64,000 bases of DNA from the IMG/VR virus record IMGVR_UViG_3300010311_000130. One strand, given 5' to 3'. The stretch is from a virus. The position numbers and the translations under genes were made by a program. The notes under the pieces are model-generated. The model saw only the letters and a program-made list of their open reading frames with translations, did not search any database and was not told where the DNA came from. Shown here one piece after another: positions 56,193 to 64,000 of the stretch. Numbering within the stretch: the stretch's first letter is position 1; each line of letters begins with the position of its first letter.

Positions 56193-56262
56193 TGTTTGCA
56201 CCTTCTTTCTAATTCGTTGTTCTGCGAGGGGATAGAAAGAGATTATCCCCTTTTCTAATTAT

Positions 56263-56291
56263 ATTATAACACTAATTATTTATTTTGTCAA
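56263..56291 (-). promoter_or_regulatory. Consensus sigmaA promoter
   Basis: Minus strand TTGACA-17 nt-TATAAT with extended TG; followed by the AGGGGATA/TATCCCCT hairpin. Confidence 0.8.
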
Positions 56292-57815
56292 GAGTTTTTT
56301 TGAATTTTCATAAGAAATTCTTGAAATTATTTGCGAAGCCTCTAATTTTGCAAGCCAAGAAAAGTTTATATCATCCAGATATTCCTTGCAATTCTTCTTA
56401 ATAAAGGCAATTTGTTTATCTGAAGCGTGTTCTCTTGCCCAGCCTCTTGACGCTCTCGAATCCCAAATATTCTTACTGTCATTATAATTTCGTTCAAGAA
56501 ACTTGCGTGTTTTGCTAAAAGCCTCTTGAATCGGTATCGATCTGCCTGTCGCTTGCGAAACTACATTACCCATCACATCGGGACATGGAATTGTAATTCT
56601 TCTGCCTTGCGGAAGGTTGCAAATAAATGAGCCATCTGGCATACGGCAATAATTGACATCATGTAAGTTATAACCTTGTTCTTCTCCCCAAAGTCGCACA
56701 TTCTCGATACTTTTAATCCAAACCTTTGGAGTATCAGTGAGTCTGTCAATTACATCACCAAGTTTAAGCAAGTCACCCTCAACCTTATTGCGCTTGTTCT
56801 TATCAAGTACACTTATGTCAAGTCCAAGCAAGGAAGGAGCTGTACACAAATCTCTCTTGCCAGTAACACCAACGCAATCAATCAGCCTCAATTTCTCCTT
56901 ACCCTCACAAAGTCGAAGCCCTCTGCCGACCATTTGAGCATACAAGGCATCTGACTGAGTAGGTCTTGCAATAATCACTGTTTCCACCAAAGGCAAATCA
57001 GTCCCCTCGGTAAATATCATACAGTTGACAATGCAAGGTATTTTTCTTTCTGTAAAATCCTTAACTATCTCTGCACGATTATTGGTTTGAGCCGTTACAA
57101 CAACTGCGCCTTTTATTTTCTTTGCAATAGCTTCAGCGTGTTTGACAGATGATGCGAAAATTAATGTAGCTCCTTTGGCATAATTCTTATACACTTCAGC
57201 TATGACATTTTCAGTTCCTTCCATTTCCTTCGCCAATTCATCTTGGGCAAAATCACCTTGTCTCGTATGAACATTGGTAAGATCGTAGCCTATATCCACA
57301 CGTTTGCAATCAATATCGCTCAAATACTTATTTTCAATACCCCAACGTAAATTACGCTCAAAAATAATCTCATCAAACACATCATTGAGTCTGACCTTAT
57401 CCCCACGATTAGGAGTAGCGGTAAAACCAACCACCTGTCTTGCCTTAAAATGATTAAGTATTGTCCGATATGATTTAGCTGCGGCATGATGTGCTTCATC
57501 AACAACAATAGTATCAAATTCATCGCCTTTAAACTTGCCAAGTCTGCGAATAAGAGACTGTACCGAAGCAGACACAACTTCTTCTCCATTCGATTTCTCG
57601 TCAGCCATTTCTACGCCGGTAGGACAATCAAAGTATTTCAAAGGCTGATGAACAAGTTCCTCACGGTGAGACAATATCAACATACGCCCCTGACGCTTCA
57701 TATGAGTGAACACGATGGTTTTACCTAAACCTGTGCTCATCTGCACAAGCCAACGTCCTGAACCTTTCTTCTCAATAACATCAATACACTCCTGCTGATA
57801 ATCACGAAGTTTCAT
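56280..57815 (-). CDS. Superfamily 2 DExH-box helicase
   Basis: Q motif LRDYQ, STGLGKT, DEAHH, TAT, FTEGTD and QMVGRGLR. Confidence 0.92.
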   Translation of the reverse strand: MKLRDYQQECIDVIEKKGSGRWLVQMSTGLGKTIVFTHMKRQGRMLILSHREELVHQPLKYFDCPTGVEMADEKSNGEEVVSASVQSLIRRLGKFKGDEFDTIVVDEAHHAAAKSYRTILNHFKARQVVGFTATPNRGDKVRLNDVFDEIIFERNLRWGIENKYLSDIDCKRVDIGYDLTNVHTRQGDFAQDELAKEMEGTENVIAEVYKNYAKGATLIFASSVKHAEAIAKKIKGAVVVTAQTNNRAEIVKDFTERKIPCIVNCMIFTEGTDLPLVETVIIARPTQSDALYAQMVGRGLRLCEGKEKLRLIDCVGVTGKRDLCTAPSLLGLDISVLDKNKRNKVEGDLLKLGDVIDRLTDTPKVWIKSIENVRLWGEEQGYNLHDVNYCRMPDGSFICNLPQGRRITIPCPDVMGNVVSQATGRSIPIQEAFSKTRKFLERNYNDSKNIWDSRASRGWAREHASDKQIAFIKKNCKEYLDDINFSWLAKLEASQIISRISYENSKKLLTK

Positions 57816-58737
57816 TATCAAACACCTCTCTATCCTCTAATAAGAAATTTTGCATAAGCGTAGTTGCTTCTGCAGGTGTGATACAATATCCTTGATAAAA
57901 CTGAGGGTTGATAGCAATAAACCTACGAGTTTCACCATTCTTTACATCTTGAAGCATCTTTATCACACTTCTACTATCACCATTCTTATCAATAAATGAC
58001 AGCTTAAACAAAGTATTCACTACTCTTGTCTCATTGCACTCATCTAAACCGAGAATCGTACACATCTCTCTCGCTGTCAACCATTTGATTTTACTTCTAT
58101 CTGTTTCCTCTGGGTTAGAGCAAAACACGTTGTAGCTTGCATTAATATAAGGAATGAGCCTGTAAAGATAAGTAAGGTATCTATGCGACTTTGTTGTAGT
58201 ATTCTCATAAAGGTAACGCACACAGTTGTCGAATATTTTCATCGCAGACATATCCTTCTTATCCCTTGTTCCAAGCTTGCCACGTCTAAACCTATCACAA
58301 ACTACAAGCTTGCCATTCTCTTGCTCCGTAATAACGCCTGTTTGCATAAGACTATTCCAGAAATTATCAAACCATCGCCGAGTCAGTCCAAGTACTCTTT
58401 TGGCATCATCTTTTCTCATTGGTCTATATGGCATAGCAACATCTTCCCTTATTACTAAATAATTTTTATCGTAAGGGAGATACGTCATCAGATAAATGAT
58501 TCTCGATAAAACAGCATCCGACACATCCATAAAATAACCTTCTTCCGGATAATACAAACTCCAAAAGAACTTACCGCACTCGCTACGCGCAAAGAACTTT
58601 TGATTAACTTTGCTCTCCGCTATTTCTCGCTTGAGTCTCTTTTGTTCTGGCGTCTCCACTGTAGAGCCAGCGGGGATCTCACCAAGTCGCTCACCTGTTT
58701 CCTCGTCATAGATAGCAAATTTCTTTTCAGCTTTCAA
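57802..58737 (-). CDS. Winged-helix DNA-binding protein (RepL-like C-terminus; possible replication initiator)
   Basis: Two HTH-like segments; C-terminal FIAINPQFYQG; paralogous to the N-terminal part of 43554-44598. Confidence 0.6.
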   Translation of the reverse strand: MKAEKKFAIYDEETGERLGEIPAGSTVETPEQKRLKREIAESKVNQKFFARSECGKFFWSLYYPEEGYFMDVSDAVLSRIIYLMTYLPYDKNYLVIREDVAMPYRPMRKDDAKRVLGLTRRWFDNFWNSLMQTGVITEQENGKLVVCDRFRRGKLGTRDKKDMSAMKIFDNCVRYLYENTTTKSHRYLTYLYRLIPYINASYNVFCSNPEETDRSKIKWLTAREMCTILGLDECNETRVVNTLFKLSFIDKNGDSRSVIKMLQDVKNGETRRFIAINPQFYQGYCITPAEATTLMQNFLLEDREVFDNETS

Positions 58738-59018
58738 TAAACATTACCGCCTTTCAAATTGTTTCACAAAAATGTTTCACAGGTACACTTTAGCCTACTA
58801 AAGAACCCGTTTTTGCCGAAAAACCGTCTCACTAACTTCCAAAATCGCCCCTAAAAATAGTCAGTAACTTCCCACCGTTTTTCCAGTCAAACGCCTATAA
58901 ATCGCCAAACTGGTGTTTTACGTTCCTCTAACTATTACAAAAAGTTGAGATAGCTCATCAAGTAGTTGAAAACGATAATTCCTTATTCTGTGAGAGCATA
59001 AAATCATCTCTCAATCTT

Positions 59019-59047
59019 ATTATATCATATTAATTTCTATTTGTCAA
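59019..59047 (-). promoter_or_regulatory. Consensus sigmaA promoter heading the leftward block
   Basis: Minus strand TTGACA-17 nt-TATAAT with extended TG. Confidence 0.8.
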
Positions 59048-59533
59048 GCCTTTAAAAGAAAAATTTTTTTCTTCGCCGTAAGGCAAAAAAAGCAAAGCCC
59101 CATGATTGGGGCGGTGACGTTGCGTAAGCAACGGCATTGCGTTAGGGGTTGACAAGACAAAGAGTAGCCACAGCTTCTTCGGTAGCCTCTAATAAAAAAT
59201 ATTTATTTTTCTTAGTTATAGCAGCCCCTGCCCTTATTGTAGTGGCGAGATTCGGAGTAGCCCTCACTAAAGAAAAAAGCCCAAAAGACGAGAGAAACTC
59301 CCCATTCGTCCCAAAGCCCCATATTTCGCAAAGAAGTGGCAGTTTTGTTGGGATTTGGTCTGGAAATGTCAGGATTTGCATATTCTCTTAAAGGCTATTT
59401 ATAGGGATTTGTCCGAAATTGGAGACGATGAAAAAGTAGCGTTTTTTAATCGACAGGTCGTAGAAAATGGTGGTGAGTGAAATTGAACACCTTACCCCTA
59501 TCGCTGCGCTGAACCAGGTATCCAAAATGTAAA

Positions 59534-59549
59534 ATATCCCCGGGGATAT
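59534..59549. repeat. Perfect 16-bp palindrome
   Basis: ATATCCCCGGGGATAT. Confidence 0.85.
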
Positions 59550-59691
59550 ACAGCCCGTAAACGGCTATAAATAGCTAAACAATCGTTTTGTTCAAATGCA
59601 ATTGTTTAAATTCTTAATAGAAAATTTAAGAAAAGCCTGTTTTATTAATATCTCTTTAAAGGTTACAAGCTCCGAGATCATCCGCCTAAAG

Positions 59692-59739
59692 TGTAAACTG
59701 TTTTTGCTTTACATGTATGTAAAGTAGTTTTGGTTTACA
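59692..59739. repeat. Nested imperfect palindrome with four TGTAAA/TTTACA boxes
   Basis: TGTAAAC...CTTTACA-TGTA-TGTAAAG...GTTTACA. Confidence 0.7.
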
Positions 59740-59912
59740 GTTCGCAAAAATAGAAGCGTAATAGTAAAGTCAACAAAATCTATTATATTAAATTAAATTG
59801 TATCAAATTGAATTTTACTCAATACATATTACATCTAACATATTGTATTATATTGCATAACACCATAGCACAAAATATCGGTACTGGCTGCGATAAAAAG
59901 TAAAAGATAAAA

Positions 59913-60623
59913 CTAATAGTAAGCTCTGGATCTGAATATATGTATGATCTCAGCTTCTGAGTATGCCTTGTCATTCATGGAAACTACCTTGCCATCTTCG
60001 ATCACGAATGTGGTATCTGTAGCAACTTCGTATCCTGTAGGAGCTGCGATCTCGTGGAGTACATAAGTACCGCCTGTGAGCTCTACTGTTGTAGGAGCTG
60101 AACCTGAGATCCAGATGAGCGAATCGCCGCTGCCCTTAACGAGCTTAGCATCCTCTGCTACATCTACTGAGCCCTCGTTGAAGAATATGGTGTTGCCGTC
60201 CTTATCAGTACCTGTAAGTGTAAGCTGTGCACCTGTAACCTCAACACTGTGAACGTCCTGCTTGCAGATCTGGACATCTGCTGTTACGGGCTGAGTTGTG
60301 GTTGTGGTTGTAGTCGTTGTAGTGGTAGTCGTTGTTGTCGTGGTTGTATATGTTACTGTAGTAGTTGTTGTAGTTGTAGTTGTTGTAGTGGTTGTGGTTG
60401 TTGTGATGATCTCATCGACCATGTCGATCTTCTCAGCACTTGCCTTGCCATCCTTAACTGTGAACTTGATGTCTGTTGCCTTTTCATAACCGTTCGGAGC
60501 TGCTACTTCGTGGAGTACGCAATCGCCGTCTTCAAGTGTTACTACTGTAGGTGCATTTCCTGAGGTCCATACCAGTGCATCGCCTGTGCTGTTCTTAACC
60601 TCAGCGCCTTCGCCTGGCTTCGA
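59913..60623 (-). pseudogene. Captured fragment of a host cell-surface protein gene (SpaA/Cna-B-like domains with a Thr-rich linker)
   Basis: Frame open from 60623 without a start; two repeats W.SG.APT.V.L..G.YVLHE.AAP.GYE.ATD..F.V.DGK flank a ~35-Thr linker; GC content and codon use differ visibly from the phage. Confidence 0.85.
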
Positions 60624-60729
60624 TCATTCGACTAACGCTTGCTTTTTATATTATAATAGCATAGGCGATATATAATTAATATTTATTATTTATTCACAAA
60701 ACAAATACAAAACATTCATAAAATATTCA

Positions 60730-60758
60730 TTGACAATTGCCTGAATGTATGGTATTAT
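60730..60758 (+). promoter_or_regulatory. Early promoter P1
   Basis: TTGACA-17 nt-TATTAT, extended TG, followed by ATAATCACAG. Confidence 0.8.
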
Positions 60759-60845
60759 ATAATCACAGCAAGAGGAACGGCAAAAGCAAAAAACCTCTTG
60801 AAGGTATAGCACAAAAGTTAAAATAAAAAAATATCTGAAAAGGTA

Positions 60846-60874
60846 TTGACAAATCACAAATTTTGTGTTATACT
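60846..60874 (+). promoter_or_regulatory. Early promoter P2
   Basis: TTGACA-17 nt-TATACT, extended TG, followed by ATAATCACAG. Confidence 0.8.
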
Positions 60875-61129
60875 ATAATCACAGAAGGACGAAAGGCAGA
60901 AGCGAAAGCGAAAAGCCGAAAGCCCTTGAAAAGTGCTTAAACCTCTATACGACAGACGGTTAAGAGGGGCGGAGCGAATCCACGGATATTTAACCAGCCA
61001 AAGCACAAAGCAACTTGAAAATTGAAAAACGCAGCGCGGAAGCGTGCTGCATCCACCATCAACAAATCAAGCGCAGGAGCTTGAAAAGTTGACCAATCAT
61101 AAAACAATAATTTTAAAGGAGGTCATATT

Positions 61130-61348
61130 ATGACTAAAAAGGACATAAAAGGCTATATTGCCAACGGTGCAGCGATTGACATAACTAATATATCACTTGA
61201 AAAGGCGTATGAGCTCGCAACACATACCACAACTATTGACACAAGCCATGGCGTTTATGGTATGACTGGAGCACTTTTGAAGGATACAAGAACGGGCGAT
61301 CTTTACGCTATCACTTCAAGAAATTCAATTCTTTTTGCAATGGTTTAA
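61130..61348 (+). CDS. Early hypothetical protein
   Basis: AAGGAGG RBS; first gene after P1/P2. Confidence 0.75.
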   Translation: MTKKDIKGYIANGAAIDITNISLEKAYELATHTTTIDTSHGVYGMTGALLKDTRTGDLYAITSRNSILFAMV

Positions 61349-61434
61349 GCTTTTACAAGTGCGGACGGGCTTTTATAGTCCGCCCGTAGGTGCATAAGCT
61401 TAAAACAAATTTATCACTTTAGGAGGCTGATTTT

Positions 61435-61809
61435 ATGTTAAGAACAAATAGTAAAAAAGCGGTTGAAAATATCCGCGCTTACATCTTCAAATATTTTGAC
61501 GGTACAGACTACGATTTGACCGCGACAAACTTTGAAGAGGCGGCAAAACACATCTATAACACTTTCAAGACTGAAAAGGGCTATGAAATCAAAAGACTTG
61601 GGGAAAATGCAGCCTTTACAGACTGGACTCAAGGTTTACCGTCAATCATTGATACTTGCTATTGGTACAATAGAGAGGCAGTTGACGATCTCGGAGCTAT
61701 TTTAGAAGGGACTGAAGAAGAAAAGGCAAAATATTCCGAGGAAAAAGCGGAAATATTGTTGACCGCTTTAATATTCAGAGAAATTAGAAAAGTAGCATTA
61801 TACAAATAA
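61435..61809 (+). CDS. Early hypothetical protein
   Basis: AGGAGG RBS. Confidence 0.75.
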   Translation: MLRTNSKKAVENIRAYIFKYFDGTDYDLTATNFEEAAKHIYNTFKTEKGYEIKRLGENAAFTDWTQGLPSIIDTCYWYNREAVDDLGAILEGTEEEKAKYSEEKAEILLTALIFREIRKVALYK

Positions 61810-62007
61810 AATTCAAATTCTATGCGGCGGCATAGTCCGCCGTACTCTATCAGATAGCAAGCCTTGACGTGGCGATAGAGCTTTAAACTAATTGCTATAA
61901 CCGTTCTTTTACAATTTTTTCAATACGGACAAATTGAAAAATTACACCGCAATAGCGCGTTGGCAATAGTTGGCGCGTGATTCCCTAACTTTTAAGGAGG
62001 TTATATT

Positions 62008-62184
62008 ATGAATAATTACAAAATGTACATGATTACGGGCGCAAATACTCTTTATTTCTTATGGGCAAATTTACCCGAAAAAGAAATAAAACTGCACATA
62101 AGAGACGGTGAAACAGCTGAAGCGATTGAATACGGAAATTCTATTGCTAATGACAATACAGTAAATGTAATTGAAGTGAAATAA
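62008..62184 (+). CDS. Early small protein (58 aa)
   Basis: AAGGAGG RBS; below the ORF-track cutoff. Confidence 0.65.
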   Translation: MNNYKMYMITGANTLYFLWANLPEKEIKLHIRDGETAEAIEYGNSIANDNTVNVIEVK

Positions 62185-62266
62185 ACCTATATACTATGGG
62201 CTTGACTGGAAAAATTCAAGCCTATAAATATACGCTTATTCACAACAAATTCAAGGAGGGAAAATT

Positions 62267-62425
62267 ATGAAAGCAAACACATATTATCTTTTTGAGAACG
62301 GCAAAAAGTTACATTTTAGCTATTCACTGGAAAAGTTAATCAATTATACAGTGAATACCCATAACGCGGAAATTTACTATAATAATGTGTTAGTATGGGT
62401 ACAAAATCCAAACAACTATATTTAA
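62267..62425 (+). CDS. Early small protein (52 aa)
   Basis: AAGGAGG RBS; below the ORF-track cutoff. Confidence 0.65.
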   Translation: MKANTYYLFENGKKLHFSYSLEKLINYTVNTHNAEIYYNNVLVWVQNPNNYI

Positions 62426-62437
62426 GGAGGTTATTGC

Positions 62438-62800
62438 ATGAATATCAAGGAAATTAATGGAGAAATTGACGTTAAATTGTCTCCATGTAGTATTACAGTA
62501 AAGCGCGACGGAAAAACATTCGGAATTGTGAGAAATGTTTGGAATTTTATGGAATTGCCGCCTAATAAAGCGACTGATTATTTTAAAACTATTCGGAAAT
62601 TTGAAGAAATTCACAAGAGAATAACAAGATCAGACTTTTATATCAGTGACGGGAAATTATACTATATTTGTAAACGTGTACCATTTGTTATAAAGGGCGA
62701 TGAGTCGGAAAACTGGAATAATTATATTCAAGCTGTAAAAAATATGGAGTCGGAAATATCAGTGCTTTATATTGGAGCTGCGGAAACAAAGGATGTATAA
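62438..62800 (+). CDS. Early hypothetical protein
   Basis: AAGGAGG RBS. Confidence 0.7.
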   Translation: MNIKEINGEIDVKLSPCSITVKRDGKTFGIVRNVWNFMELPPNKATDYFKTIRKFEEIHKRITRSDFYISDGKLYYICKRVPFVIKGDESENWNNYIQAVKNMESEISVLYIGAAETKDV

Positions 62801-62892
62801 ACTTTTGCAACATAGTATCAGCGGAAAAATGTTGATACTATGTAACAAGAGTTTATAAACAATAAAACACATATTCTAAAGGAGGAAAAACT

Positions 62893-63120
62893 ATGTATAA
62901 TATAGCACTAACACATGATAGAGCTATGGGAAATGCGTATGCGGTTTATACGCCTTCAATCGGAAAATCAATTATATTATGCGATGGAGGTATAATACGC
63001 ATAGTTAGAGCTTTACGGGAAAAATGTCAAGTCTACACTGATATACAGCATATAAGCAATATGCAAGCGGATCAGATGCAGCGTGAAGGCATACACACTT
63101 ATATTATAGAGGAGGCGTGA
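62893..63120 (+). CDS. Early hypothetical protein
   Basis: AAGGAGG RBS. Confidence 0.7.
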   Translation: MYNIALTHDRAMGNAYAVYTPSIGKSIILCDGGIIRIVRALREKCQVYTDIQHISNMQADQMQREGIHTYIIEEA

Positions 63121-63122
63121 CT

Positions 63123-63311
63123 ATGGAAAAATATTATACTTTTCTATGTGAGACTTACAACGGCGATAAACTGGAAATTTGCGTACTTGCTAATTCAGAA
63201 GATCACGCAAGAGAACGTCTATCAGATTATAAAGTCTCAAAAGGTGAATTGCACTATATATGCAAATTACTTGACATATCGGAAAAAGGGAACGGAAAAA
63301 TATTATCATAG
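63123..63311 (+). CDS. Early hypothetical protein
   Basis: GGAGG RBS, ATG 63123. Confidence 0.6.
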   Translation: MEKYYTFLCETYNGDKLEICVLANSEDHARERLSDYKVSKGELHYICKLLDISEKGNGKILS

Positions 63312-63482
63312 CAATAACAATTCAATCGCACTTGCTATTGCTTTATGCGGTGCAGCTTTAGGAATAGCGCAAACATCACGCTATTATAGCAATGACAACA
63401 GGAAAATTATTGATAGTTTAACCGGCGAGACAATACAGTTAATTAGAGCTTAATTAAATCATTATAAAATATCGGAAAACTA

Positions 63483-63511
63483 TTGGCAAATACGAAAAAT
63501 TGTGCTATACT
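63483..63511 (+). promoter_or_regulatory. Early promoter P3
   Basis: TTGGCA-17 nt-TATACT with extended TG. Confidence 0.6.
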
Positions 63512-63553
63512 TTAATTACAGTAAAGCACTGGAAAATTAAAGGAGGTTATCTT

Positions 63554-63757
63554 ATGAACGCAAAAAAGTATTTTGAAAAGAACGGATTTATTTTCGGAGA
63601 CAGCGCAAAGTGTGTTTTCGGAAAATGGAGTCACAACATAGTTAAATTTACAGACTATGAAGCAGCGGAAAAATGGCTGAATACGGAGCAGTGCGACTTT
63701 AGAGAACGCGAGCTTATCAGCAAAACTACCGCTAAAAGATACGGTTATACAGGCTAA
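63554..63757 (+). CDS. Early hypothetical protein
   Basis: Start ATG 63554 behind AAGGAGG. Confidence 0.65.
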   Translation: MNAKKYFEKNGFIFGDSAKCVFGKWSHNIVKFTDYEAAEKWLNTEQCDFRERELISKTTAKRYGYTG

Positions 63758-63788
63758 TAAAAGTGTATTTTAACAGGAGGAATAAATT

Positions 63789-64000
63789 ATGGGTATCAAA
63801 GGTTATAAAGTTTTTAATCCCGACTGGACTTGCCGAGGCTTTCAGTATGAAGTAGGCAAGACATTTAAACATGAAGGCAATATCGAGATGTGCGGCGCAG
63901 GATTCCACTTCTGCCGTAAGCTTGCCGATTGCTTCAATTACTATGAGTTCGATAGCAACAATAAGGTTGCAGAAGTTGAAGCGATAGGCAACGTTGAAAC
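63789..64000 (+). CDS. Phage protein N-terminal domain often found ahead of pentapeptide repeats; runs off the window
   Basis: KGYKVFNPDWTCRGFQYEVGKTF...CGAGFHFC...DCFNYY.F...KVAEVEA.G; AGGAGG RBS. Confidence 0.75.
   Translation, partial: MGIKGYKVFNPDWTCRGFQYEVGKTFKHEGNIEMCGAGFHFCRKLADCFNYYEFDSNNKVAEVEAIGNVE

Noticed and set aside
59929-60625. GATC at both ends of the host fragment, suggesting a restriction-ligation chimera
   Set aside because: At least six further GATC sites lie inside the fragment, so terminal GATC is expected by chance; junction reads are still needed.

Overview
The window is part of a large SPbeta-like (YonO RNA polymerase-encoding) siphovirus genome infecting a Bacillota host, probably a Ruminococcus-like bacterium. 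Layout: + strand nucleotide-metabolism genes and a solo tnpB element (1-4.8 kb); a long - strand block (4.9-59 kb) that reads helicase/early-middle genes > YonO-like RNAP > beta-CASP/ClpP/phosphoesterase cluster > tRNA-like elements > recombinase/GT2 > terminase, portal, capsid > tail and tape measure > receptor-binding genes > a complete diversity-generating retroelement (target with VR, avd, TR, RT) > lysis; then a divergent non-coding gap holding a captured host surface-protein gene fragment; then + strand early genes (60.7-64 kb). The best supported highlight is the DGR: a 107-nt TR/VR pair with 17 A-specific and 2 T-to-C differences. The most novel-looking signal is a ~650-nt gene-free, densely base-paired interval (44.6-45.25 kb). 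It contains a non-canonical tRNA-like gene, two pseudoknots and an armless acceptor+T-arm minihelix ending in ACCA, and may be a tRNA-punctuated phage ncRNA. Other points: a second tail-tube paralogue, an (ABC)2-repeat SGNH tail protein, a frameshifted wHTH-HNH fusion, a consensus antisense promoter inside the tail operon, and a strand-polarised GGAAA enrichment in the early region. All calls come from reading the sequence by eye; no database searches were run.
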